NCBI RefSeq assembly: GCF_047600585.1
Contig: NZ_JASGKP010000001.1
Location: 3,213,823-3,277,822, forward strand
Direction: 5' to 3'
Length of the DNA: 64,000 nt
DNA from: Aestuariivirga sp.
GTDB taxonomy: Bacteria; Pseudomonadota; Alphaproteobacteria; Rhizobiales; Aestuariivirgaceae
The notes under the pieces are model-generated. The model had not been told where the DNA came from, searched no databases, and was given only the letters and a program-made list of their open reading frames with translations. This document shows positions 7,497 to 18,143 of the stretch, piece by piece. A program made the position numbers and the translations under genes. The number at the start of each line of letters is the position of its first letter. The stretch's first letter is position 1.

Positions 7497-7691
7497 ATGA
7501 CGAATCTGAAGACGAATGATCAGCTGCTGAGGAAAATGAGGTCAGCTGCATCGAAAAGCCTCACCGCCGAAGAGCTCCGCCAACAGAAAATCTCTTTCAT
7601 CATGGCCAATTTTGATGAAGAGAGTTCGGTTACTCGCGATTACGTGGGTGCCGTCCTGGACAAGCAGGATGGCCGCAAGTCGGCAGCGTAA
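7497..7691 (+). CDS. Small protein upstream of Fic (putative antitoxin/partner)
   Basis: 64 aa, RBS AGGGAAG; its stop TAA directly abuts the GTG start of the Fic gene. Confidence 0.65.
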   Translation: MTNLKTNDQLLRKMRSAASKSLTAEELRQQKISFIMANFDEESSVTRDYVGAVLDKQDGRKSAA

Positions 7692-8417
7692 GTGATAATC
7701 TTCGAGATCACCGGCAGGGAGGACAGTCCCGCGTACCGGGATCTCGAAGTATCTAATGGCGAGAGGCAATTCGACTTCCTCCGATCAACGGTGGCAGCCT
7801 CACTCGCGTTGAAGCGCCCTTTTATTTCCCAGCATCTTTTGAAGGCCTTGAATTTCCATGCGATCGCCTGTTTGCACACCAGTGCAGGCGAGTTCCGTCC
7901 CTGCGAGGTGACAGTCGGCGCGTACAGGCCTCCGTCTCCTCACCGCGTCCAGGCTCAGATGGATGACTTCATCAATCAGGTCAACAGAGCCTGGGAGACG
8001 GCAGATCCTGTTTTCCTCGCGTGCTATGTACTGTGGCGTCTCAACTACATTCACCCGTTCATCAATGGCAATGGGCGGACCGCCCGCGCCGCCTGTCTGT
8101 TCGTGCTTTGTGTGAAGGCCGGTGGCTGGTTGTCCGGTGAACCTATCCTACCAGATCTTCTGAAGCGAGAACGAGCCAACTATGTCGCCGCCCTTCAAGT
8201 CGCTGACCGAACTTTCGAAGCTACGGGAGATGCCGATCTCAGGCTCCTACATGGCCTCGTCGCCAGTCTGCTTTATGAGCAGCTCAACGGCGTAAGGGAT
8301 GAGCCTCAAGTCGATGAGCCTGCTGCCGCAGCTCCTGTCGTGGAGAATAACATCGATCCGGAAGAGATCCGCCCGCGGCGGGAACCCGACGACAATGACG
8401 CTGCTGTCCAAGAATAA
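7692..8417 (+). CDS. Fic/Fido domain protein
   Basis: Motif HPFINGNGRTAR; acidic C-terminal tail. Confidence 0.9.
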   Translation: MIIFEITGREDSPAYRDLEVSNGERQFDFLRSTVAASLALKRPFISQHLLKALNFHAIACLHTSAGEFRPCEVTVGAYRPPSPHRVQAQMDDFINQVNRAWETADPVFLACYVLWRLNYIHPFINGNGRTARAACLFVLCVKAGGWLSGEPILPDLLKRERANYVAALQVADRTFEATGDADLRLLHGLVASLLYEQLNGVRDEPQVDEPAAAAPVVENNIDPEEIRPRREPDDNDAAVQE

Positions 8418-8521
8418 GACTACTGCCTTTACCCCGCTCCCCCGCGCCTCTCTCTGCGCCAAGCGGCGGTCACTGCAAGCGCAAGAGCTGGTAAGGCGAC
8501 TTGAGCCACGCTTTGACCGGG

Positions 8522-8610
8522 GGGGCATAGGTTCTTCCGGGCCACTTGCGGTACGCGGGTAGTTCGGACCGTGTACACGCTCCAGTCTCAGGGAATGGCC
8601 TCAGCCTAAA
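8522..8610 (+). repeat. Conserved 89-bp motif, copy 2 (putative packaging/cos-like site)
   Basis: Same four blocks and identical spacer lengths as 544-632, with unrelated spacer sequences; followed by further CCTAAA/CCTA repeats. Confidence 0.7.
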
Positions 8611-8764
8611 GTCCTAAAGAGCCTACTGCAGGTTGCCGAATACCCATTGTTTGCATGGCTCATGCGGTGGCTGCAGGGCGATCGGTTCGGCCGTTCCAGG
8701 ATCTCGAGTGCGAAGGATTCCGCTTTTTTTAGTGGTCGGCGCCAGGCCGTGCCCCGAGCCAATT

Positions 8765-8960
8765 TGGACACCTTGCCGGCGCCGTCGCTGCACTCCGCGA
8801 AAAACTCAGCGCGGGGTTTCGGGCCGCAGTTGGACACCTGTGGGCACCTGTGGACACTTTGCGAAATTCAAAAGATGCCCATTTTTTGATGGTTTCGGAC
8901 ACCTTGGACGCCTTGGACACCTTCTTTTTTTTAATAGGATAAATATTGAAAGAGAAAGAG
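8765..8960 (+). repeat. Iteron-like array (TGGACACCT consensus, 7 copies) plus AT-rich tract: putative replication origin
   Basis: One copy at 8765; three in tandem at 8831/8841/8851 (10-nt period); three at 8896/8905/8914 (9-nt period); followed by TCTTTTTTTTAATAGGATAAATATTGAAAG. Confidence 0.7.
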
Positions 8961-9076
8961 TACGAGAGTGTTCGATTACTCTGTAGGCTGCTTCCCCGAT
9001 GCTTCTCCGTTTAAGCGGGCGCGAGAACACCGAAGATGGAACAGCCTCTATATTATTGAATTTGAAAGGGAAAAGA

Positions 9077-9153
9077 TGGTACAGCCTCCCAGGCTTGAAC
9101 TGGGGACCCCCAGATCCACAATCTGGTGCTCTAACCAACTGAGCTAAGGCTGC
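9077..9153 (-). tRNA. tRNA-His (GTG), lacking encoded G-1, with A73
   Basis: GCAGCCTTAGCTCAGTTGGTTAGAGCACCAGATTGTGGATCTGGGGGTCCCCAGTTCAAGCCTGGGAGGCTGTACCA; anticodon loop TT-GTG-GA; CCA encoded. Confidence 0.97.
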
Positions 9154-9228
9154 ACTGCGCGCTTCACTAGCGCAACATTCCCGCCAGTGCAAACACTTGC
9201 ATGGCGGGGCCGTTAACATGCGGTGAGA

Positions 9229-9258
9229 CAAAGAAAAGGCCCGAAAAAATCGGGCCTT
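9229..9258 (-). terminator. Rho-independent terminator after phasin
   Basis: AAGGCCCGA-N5-TCGGGCCTT with an A-run on + (U-tail on -). Confidence 0.7.
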
Positions 9259-9310
9259 GAGGTTGGCAGTCCGGGAGGGAGGACCGCCGGGAAAAACCAA
9301 AAGTCGAAGC

Positions 9311-9736
9311 TCAGGCTGCCTTCGGGAAGGGGAAGGCCGCGAAGCTCTTCTTGAGGCCGTCCTGCACCGGGGCAGCGGCTTCACGGACCAGCGCCACGGT
9401 GGCGTCGTTCAGGTCCTGGAACTGCTTGAGCGCCACTTCCGACTGGCTCTTGAAGAAGCCCTGCTGGAGCGCGAACAGCGCCTCGGGCGACTTCACGCCG
9501 GCGGCTTCGCGCCAGAAGCCGAGAAAGGCCTTCGTGTTGGCTTCGAAATAGGAGAGCGACTTGGCCTGCAGGTCGGCGAGGCGCTCCTGGTAAACCTTGG
9601 CGGAGGCGCTCAGCGCTTCAACGCTTTCCTTGGCCGGACCCGCTTCGCCGCCGAAGGTGGCCTTGGCGGTGTCGATCGAGTCGGTGACGAATTCGGTGGC
9701 GAGTTCGACGGGGGTCTTGGTCTTGCGGGCGTTCAT
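9311..9736 (-). CDS. Phasin family (PHA granule-associated) protein
   Basis: Ala/Lys-rich helical protein with the FWREAAGVKSPEALFALQQGFFKSQ phasin-like core. Confidence 0.8.
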   Translation of the reverse strand: MNARKTKTPVELATEFVTDSIDTAKATFGGEAGPAKESVEALSASAKVYQERLADLQAKSLSYFEANTKAFLGFWREAAGVKSPEALFALQQGFFKSQSEVALKQFQDLNDATVALVREAAAPVQDGLKKSFAAFPFPKAA

Positions 9737-9781
9737 GACTCTTACTCCTCAATGGGTGGATTGACCTTCATATAGCAGGTT

Positions 9782-9819
9782 TATTGTGCATTGCAACATG
9801 AATTTTGCAGCGCACAATA
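9782..9819. promoter_or_regulatory. Probable PhaR operators upstream of phasin
   Basis: TATTGTGCATTGCAA and TTGCAGCGCACAATA: inverted pair of TGC-N3-GCA sites. Confidence 0.6.
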
Positions 9820-9977
9820 CGGCTGCCTGAAAGATCGCCAGCGGACAGGGTTAAGGAAGTGTGGACGCGGCCTCTCAAACTTGATTTATTGCAACGACTT
9901 GGACGGGCTTCCTGGGGTTTTGGCCCCGGTTCGTCCGGGGCCCGGTTGGTTTCGGGTCAGTTTGGCAGATCGAGTTT

Positions 9978-12590
9978 ATGAGCACCCTTCGCCCCCGCAC
10001 CCTTGAGGACCTCCGGCAGGACGCAAGCCCCGCCTGGCTGTGGGATGCCGCGCGCGGGCGGATCGTCTGGGCCAATGCCGCGGGGGTTGCGGCCCTGGGC
10101 GGCGAGAGCGTCTTCGATCTGGTGGACCGTCCCTTCGACCCCCTCGACCCCGCCGTGCAAGAGATCCGCGAACAGGTGGCAGGGCTCCAGCCCGGCCAGG
10201 TCCGGCAGACCCGCCTCCCGCTCCCCGATGGCGATACGGAAGCGCCCGTCCAGTGCAGCCTTCATCTTCTGGCCGATGGCCGGCAGGGGCTGCTTGTCGT
10301 GGCCGAGCCTGCCCCCAAGAAAATTTCGGCAATCGTGGGTGACGTGGCGCAATCGACGCTCCTTCACCTGCCCGTCGCCGTGCTGATCCTCGATGCCGCC
10401 GGCACGATCGTGAACGGCAATGCCGCCGCAGGCGAGATGCTGGACCTGTCCGTCCCACGCAAGCTTTCCGAGCTTGCCGCCCCGGAGAAGACGGAAGCCC
10501 TGTTCGCCGGATTGAAACGCGCCAATGTCGGCAGCGCCATCCTCGCCATGGCCTGCAAGCTCGGCGCGCGTGAAGTGCGCGTCACGCTCTCGCGCCTGCC
10601 GGGGCAGGAGCTGTTGAGCGCCATCCTTGAAGACGTGACCGACCGCCGCGCCCTCGAGCGGAGCCTGCAAGGGCAACCCGCCACGGCCCCCGCCGCAACT
10701 CCGGCGCAGGATGCCTTCGCCCAGCTTGCGAAGTCGCTTCAGGATACGATCGAACGGCAATCGGCCGCGCGCACCCAGAAGGATGCGGAACCGGTTGCCG
10801 AAGCGGCCCCCAAGCCCGCATCTCCGCCCCGCCCGCCGAAGCCAGCACCTGAAGCAGCACCTCCGGCAGCAACACTTGCTCCGTCCACGGACAATTCTTC
10901 CAAGGGTGGCGGCACAGCGGCGCCCCCGTCCGGCAGGAAGGCCGCGCCCTTCGTGCCCGAACCCGTGCGCCAGTCCTTCGAGCGGACCGGTGAGGCGATC
11001 ATGATCGGCCGCGGTGATGCCCCGCTCTTCGCAACATCGAAGGCGGCGGCCCTGCTCGGCTATGACTCGACTGCAAGCCTCATGTCCGACACCGGCCTCT
11101 GGCAACATTTCAAGGCCGTGGCGCAAGCGCCGAAGCGCACCAGCCTGCCGCTTGCAGGCGGCGAGAGCATCGACATCGACGTGAGCCACGGCTGCGTGCC
11201 TTGGGTGAACGGCCCTGCCGAGCAGATCGTCATCCGGCGGAGCGTGACGCCATACGTGAAGCCGGAACCGGCCAAGCCCGCACCGGCGCCTGTTGTCGTT
11301 GCAACACCACCGCCCGCACCTGTGCCGGTGCCGCCGCCCACGCCCGTTGCACCACCTGCTCCTGTGGTGGCCGCCGAACCGCCGCCACCGCCTCCTCCGG
11401 CGCCTGCGCCCACGGTCACGGCTGCGCCGCAGCCCGAGCCTGCGCCAACGCTTGCAGTCAGCCAGCAGGTGATGGAAACGACCGAGCTCAAGGCCATGCT
11501 CGACGTGGCCTCGGACGGCATCATCGCCCTTGATGACGAGGGCCGCATCCTCAGCTTCAGCGCCGGCGCCGAGGCGATCTTCGGCATGAGTCAGGACGAA
11601 GTCGTGGGCCGGCCCTTCGCCGAACTGCTCAGTTCCGACGGCCGCAAGCCCTGGCGCGATTATCTCGCAGCACTCCGCGGCCCCGGTCTCGCCAGCGTCT
11701 TCAATGACGGGCGCGAATTCACCGCCATCGTCAAGCAGGGCGGCACGGTTCCGCTCTTCGTCACGCTGGGCAAGCTGCAATCGCCGCACTCGCAGGCGAG
11801 CTTCTGCGCCGTTGTGCGCGACATCACCCAGTGGAAGCGCACCGAGCAGGAGCTGCGCGAGGCGAAGGAAGCCGCCGAAAGCGCGAGCCGCCAGAAGTCG
11901 GAATTTCTCGCCGGCATCAGCCACGAGATCCGTACGCCGCTCAATGCCATTCTCGGCTTCTCCGATGTCATGCGCCTGGAGCGCTTCGGCGAACTGAAGA
12001 ACGACAAGTACCGCGCCTATGCCAACGACATTCACGCCAGCGGCACCCATCTGCTCGCACTGGTGAACGATCTGCTCGATCTGTCAAAGGTGGAGTCGGG
12101 CAAGCTCGAGCTTGATTTCACCGCCGTCAATGTCGTCGACGCCGCCGAACACGTGCTGCGTCTGATGAGCGAAGAGGCGGCGCGCGCCAATGTGGTGGTG
12201 CGCAAGTCGTTTTCTCCGTCCCTGCCCCGCGTCGTCGCCGATCTCCGGGCGCTCCGTCAGGTGCTGCTCAATCTCGTCTCGAACGCCATCAAGTACACCG
12301 ATGCGGGCGGGCAGGTGATCGTCTCCGCCCTGATGGAAGAGACGGGTGAAGTGGTGCTGCGGGTGAAGGACAGCGGCATCGGCATGGACGCCACGCAGTT
12401 GCAGGAAGCGCTCCGCCCTTATGTGCGGGTGGAATCGGTTGCCCGCGAACGGCAGGGCACGGGCCTTGGCCTGCCGCTCTCCAAGGCGCTGGTGGAAGCG
12501 AACCGCGCCCAGTTCACGATCGCCAGCGAGCCCGGCCAGGGCACGCTTGCGGAAGTGCGTTTCCCCGCCACCCGCGTACTCGCGGAATAA
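9978..12590 (+). CDS. pdhS: PAS-domain cytoplasmic histidine kinase, PdhS/DivJ/PleC-like
   Basis: Multiple PAS domains, Pro-rich linker, H-box ISHEIRTPLNAILGFS, N/G boxes NLVSNAIKYT, DSGIGM, GTGLGL; no TM segment. The symbol is tentative. Confidence 0.75.
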   Translation: MSTLRPRTLEDLRQDASPAWLWDAARGRIVWANAAGVAALGGESVFDLVDRPFDPLDPAVQEIREQVAGLQPGQVRQTRLPLPDGDTEAPVQCSLHLLADGRQGLLVVAEPAPKKISAIVGDVAQSTLLHLPVAVLILDAAGTIVNGNAAAGEMLDLSVPRKLSELAAPEKTEALFAGLKRANVGSAILAMACKLGAREVRVTLSRLPGQELLSAILEDVTDRRALERSLQGQPATAPAATPAQDAFAQLAKSLQDTIERQSAARTQKDAEPVAEAAPKPASPPRPPKPAPEAAPPAATLAPSTDNSSKGGGTAAPPSGRKAAPFVPEPVRQSFERTGEAIMIGRGDAPLFATSKAAALLGYDSTASLMSDTGLWQHFKAVAQAPKRTSLPLAGGESIDIDVSHGCVPWVNGPAEQIVIRRSVTPYVKPEPAKPAPAPVVVATPPPAPVPVPPPTPVAPPAPVVAAEPPPPPPPAPAPTVTAAPQPEPAPTLAVSQQVMETTELKAMLDVASDGIIALDDEGRILSFSAGAEAIFGMSQDEVVGRPFAELLSSDGRKPWRDYLAALRGPGLASVFNDGREFTAIVKQGGTVPLFVTLGKLQSPHSQASFCAVVRDITQWKRTEQELREAKEAAESASRQKSEFLAGISHEIRTPLNAILGFSDVMRLERFGELKNDKYRAYANDIHASGTHLLALVNDLLDLSKVESGKLELDFTAVNVVDAAEHVLRLMSEEAARANVVVRKSFSPSLPRVVADLRALRQVLLNLVSNAIKYTDAGGQVIVSALMEETGEVVLRVKDSGIGMDATQLQEALRPYVRVESVARERQGTGLGLPLSKALVEANRAQFTIASEPGQGTLAEVRFPATRVLAE

Positions 12591-12605
12591 GAGGCCCGGA
12601 CGGCG

Positions 12606-14266
12606 GTGGCAGCATCGGAAGCCATGTCGGGTGACGGCCCGAAGCTTGCGCTGACGCCGCTGCAGGCCGCAGCTCTCATTCTCTCGCTGCCGCTTTTCCT
12701 GCCGCTCGCCGCAATCATCGTCCTCGCCGCCACGGCCGATGGCAGCGGCTGGCCCGCCCTTCTCTCCACCGTTCTCCCCTCCATGCTGATGCAGACGCTG
12801 CTGCTCGCAGCAGGAGTAGCAGCCCTCACCCTCGTGGTGGGCGCGGTCATGGCCTGGCTCGTTACCTTTTATTCCTTCCCGGGGCGAAACCTGATGAAGT
12901 GGTCGGCGATCCTGCCGCTCGCCGTGCCGGGCTACATCACCGCCTTCGCCTATGTGGACTACTTCTCCTATTCCGGCCCCTTCCAGACGGAGGTGCGGAA
13001 GCTGATGGGCTGGCAGACGCCGGCGGAAAGCTGGATTCCCGAAATCCGCTCGCTGGGCGGCGCCATCTTCGTGCTCGCCTTCTCGCTTTACCCGTATGTC
13101 TACATGTCGGCGCGCGCCGCCTTCATGCGCCAACCCATGTCGCAGCTCGATGTGGCGCGCACGCTCGGCCGCACGCCCTGGCAGGCCTTCCTGCAGATCG
13201 TGCTGCCGCAGGCACGGCCTGCCTTCGCGGTGGGCGCCTCGCTCGTTGTCATGGAGGTGATGAACGACATCGGTGCGGTGCAGTTCTTCGGCGTCAACAC
13301 CCTTACCTATGGCATCTATTCCACCTGGCTCGGGCAGGGTGACTTCGGAACCGCGGTGCAGCTCGCCTTCGTGCTGCTCGCCGGGATTGCCGTCCTCATC
13401 GGCTTCGAGCAGGTGATGCGGAGCCGCGACACGCTCTCCCGCGGCGGGCGCACCCACTCGCCCATCCAGCGCCGCAAGCTCAGGGGCCTGCGCGCGATTG
13501 CCGCCTTCCTCGCGCTCTTCATCCCCATCGGCTTCGGCTTCCTCGTGCCGCTGTTCCTGCTGCTGCACTATGGCTGGCGCCGCTTCGCCGATCTTCCCAA
13601 CACGGCCTTCTTCTCGGCCATGGCGAACTCGCTACTGCTCGCCGTCCTCGCCTGTGCGGGAACGCTGCTGCTAGCGCTGCTCTTCGGCCATGCCACCCGC
13701 AACAGCGAAAGCCCGCTCCTCTCCCGCATCACCCGCTTTGCGAGCTTCGGCTACGCGCTTCCGGGAACGGTGCTGGCGATCGGCATCATCGTGCCCTTCG
13801 GCTTCCTCGATGCCCGCATCAATGACGCCACCAAGGCGATGTTCGACGTGATGCCCGGTCTCATCCTCTCGGGCAGCATGGTGGCGCTGGTCTTCGCCTA
13901 TGTGACGCGCTTCCTCGTCATCGCCACGGGCACGGTCAATGCCGGCTTCGAGAAGATCTCGCCCCATCTCGACCAGGTGGCGCGCACGCTCGGGCGCAGG
14001 CCCTTCGCCGTGTTCCGCGAAATCCACCTGCCGCTGCTTCGCCCCTCGCTGGTGACGGCGATGCTGCTTGTCTTCGTCGATGCGCTGAAGGAACTGCCGG
14101 CCACACTGCTGCTCCGGCCCTTCGACTTCGACACGCTGGCCACTTACGTCTTCACCAGCGCCTCGCTCGGGCAACTGGAGGAAGCGGCCCTGCCCGCGCT
14201 CTCGATTGCGGCGGCAGGCCTCATTCCGGTCTTCATCCTCTCGCGCAATCTCCGGGATGCGGGGAA

Positions 14267-14270
<4 letters not shown>
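12606..14270 (+). CDS. Iron(III) ABC transporter permease (FbpB/SfuB-like)
   Basis: Two BPD_transp repeats; LPLAVPGYITAF; LKELPATLLLRPFDFDTLA. Confidence 0.88.
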
Positions 14271-16228
<1,958 letters not shown>

Positions 16229-16313
16229 GGGTGATGTGGGTCCTGCTGATCCTGTGGCCATGCTCATATCGCCTGCCTTGAAAGAGCCGCAAGGGGTGCG
16301 GCATAAGGCGGGC

Positions 16314-18143
16314 ATGCGGCGATCCTTGCGATATGTGCTCCTTGGCGTCCCTCTGGCTGCCGTGGTTCTGGCGGGAGGCGCGCTCACCCTGCTGCCGGGG
16401 CTTGCCAAATCCCGCCTCGCCGAGCGGGCCCAGACCCGCCATGGCCTGACGATGAGCGTGGATGGCGGAACCGGTCTGTCATTTTCCGACGGTCTTGCCG
16501 TCACTCTCGACAATGTCACCTTCACCCGCACCTCGGCCCAGGGCGTGCCCTCGCTTGTGGTGGGGGAAATCCGCGTGCCCTCGCCGCTCCGGCTGCTGGT
16601 GGGCGGCAGCGTCCGCCGCATCGAGCTGGTCGATCCGGTCTTCACCTTCGTGGCCAGCGACACCAAGACCCCGGCCGAAATCACCGATGCCGCCGCGCAG
16701 GCCGCGCCCGCCCCCAAGGAAAAGCCGGTGAAGCCGCTCGCCATCAGCATCGAGAACGGTTCCATCAAGGCCTCCGACCCGCAGCACAATCTGGCCATTG
16801 CCGTCACCGACATCACCGGGGAACTCACCCAGGCCGACACCGGCACGCTTGAAGGTGATCTCCGCGGCCTCTTCAACGGTGTTGCCACGCAATTGGCCTT
16901 GACCGTGGATGACACGCGACGCTTGGCCCAGCCCGGCTCCCCGTCCGACATCACGCTCAACAGCAAGGCCGGACAGGTTGTCATGTCGGGCCGCCTCAGG
17001 CTTGTGGGCGACATGCAGTTTGACGGCAGCGTCTCGGCGGAAGCAACCGATGCCCAGAGCTTCCTCTCCTGGCTGGGCGTTCCCCTCGAGGGCCTCGCCG
17101 ACGGCCTCACCCTCGGCCTCGATGCGGGTGTCTCCATCTCGCAGGCGAAGGCACAGTTCCGCAACCTCGCCTTTGCGCTCGGCAATATGCAGGCCAAGGG
17201 CGAGCTTTCGCTGCAGGCCGCGGCCCCCCGCCCGGCGCTCGACGCAACGCTTACCTTCAACACCGTCAACTTCAACATCTATTCGGGCAGCGATGATCCC
17301 GGCACCACGTCGCCGCCGGACCTCACCACCGATTGGCGCGAGAAGCGCCTGCCCTTCGCCGACCTGAAGGCGGCGGACGCCAGCCTCTCCGTCACCAGCG
17401 ACAGCCTGATGGCGGGCGCCGTGACGGCGGGCCCCTCCAGCCTCAAGGCCACACTCAAAGACGGCGTGCTGCAGGCCCACGTGGAGAGCAGCGCGCTCTT
17501 CTCCGGCAAGGGCAGCCTCGACCTCACCCTGCAACAGGGCCAGGACACGGGCCTCGCAGTCGCGCTCGATGTGGCCGGAGCCGAAGCCAAGGATTTCCTC
17601 GGCAAGGCCTTCGGCATCCACTTTCTCTCGGGCCCCGTCAATCTTCAGACAGACCTGAAGGCCACTGGCAACAATCCGGCGCAACTGATCTCGACGCTGG
17701 CCGGCACCGCATCCCTTGCCCTCACCGGCGGCAGCATCGACGGCGTTGACCTTGCCTCGCTTGCAGGGCTCGTGAGCAAGGAGGAGGCGCAGGGCTGGGG
17801 CCTTTCCGATGGCGCCGTCACACCTCTCACCTCCGCCACGGCGAGCGCTGCCTTCAGCGACGGCATCGCCACGCTCTCGGAGGGACAGATCGAGGCGGCG
17901 GGCCTCGCAGCGTCGGTCTCGGGCGATGTCGATCTCCTCCGCCGCGCCCTCAACCTCACGGTGAAGCCGGAGCGCGGGCTTCCGCTTCCCGTTGCCGCCC
18001 GCGTCAAGGGGCCGTGGGACAATCCGAAGATGTCGGCCAAGGTCGATGTCGAGGGTGTGCTTGATGCGGTGGGTGCCGATGGCATCTCGGCACAGGACGT
18101 GAAATCTGCCAAGAAGGCCCTGAAGAAACTTCTGGGCGATTGA
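16314..18143 (+). CDS. AsmA family protein
   Basis: N-terminal TM anchor followed by beta-rich AsmA repeats; C-terminal LPVAARVKGPWDNPK. Confidence 0.85.
   Translation: MRRSLRYVLLGVPLAAVVLAGGALTLLPGLAKSRLAERAQTRHGLTMSVDGGTGLSFSDGLAVTLDNVTFTRTSAQGVPSLVVGEIRVPSPLRLLVGGSVRRIELVDPVFTFVASDTKTPAEITDAAAQAAPAPKEKPVKPLAISIENGSIKASDPQHNLAIAVTDITGELTQADTGTLEGDLRGLFNGVATQLALTVDDTRRLAQPGSPSDITLNSKAGQVVMSGRLRLVGDMQFDGSVSAEATDAQSFLSWLGVPLEGLADGLTLGLDAGVSISQAKAQFRNLAFALGNMQAKGELSLQAAAPRPALDATLTFNTVNFNIYSGSDDPGTTSPPDLTTDWREKRLPFADLKAADASLSVTSDSLMAGAVTAGPSSLKATLKDGVLQAHVESSALFSGKGSLDLTLQQGQDTGLAVALDVAGAEAKDFLGKAFGIHFLSGPVNLQTDLKATGNNPAQLISTLAGTASLALTGGSIDGVDLASLAGLVSKEEAQGWGLSDGAVTPLTSATASAAFSDGIATLSEGQIEAAGLAASVSGDVDLLRRALNLTVKPERGLPLPVAARVKGPWDNPKMSAKVDVEGVLDAVGADGISAQDVKSAKKALKKLLGD

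Larger units (their letters stand above)
1..9076. mobile_element. Integrative phage-satellite-like (P4/PICI-like) element at the 3' end of tRNA-His; left end and integrase outside the window
   Basis: AlpA-like HTH, run of ATGA/GTGA-overlapped small ORFs, primase Zn-domain-like ORF, Toprim-helicase, iteron array and cargo genes. Visibly AT-richer than the flanking core. Ends at the CCA of tRNA-His after an AT-rich att-like flank (TATTATTGAATTTGAAAGGGAAAAGA|TGGT). Confidence 0.8.

Noticed and set aside
8765-8922. Short repeats as a possible CRISPR array
   Set aside because: Units are 9-10 nt and tandem with no unique spacers, and no cas genes are present; iteron-like instead. No CRISPR was found anywhere in the window.
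8930-9076. Integrase remnant next to tRNA-His
   Set aside because: No ORF with tyrosine- or serine-recombinase motifs is present on either strand.
9957-12050. 697-aa minus-strand ORF, and similar long antisense ORFs (12084-13568, 24251-25993, 30700-32430, 42385-43872, 44924-47686, 58969-60414)
   Set aside because: These are shadow ORFs opposite well-supported genes in high-GC DNA, with no recognisable motifs.
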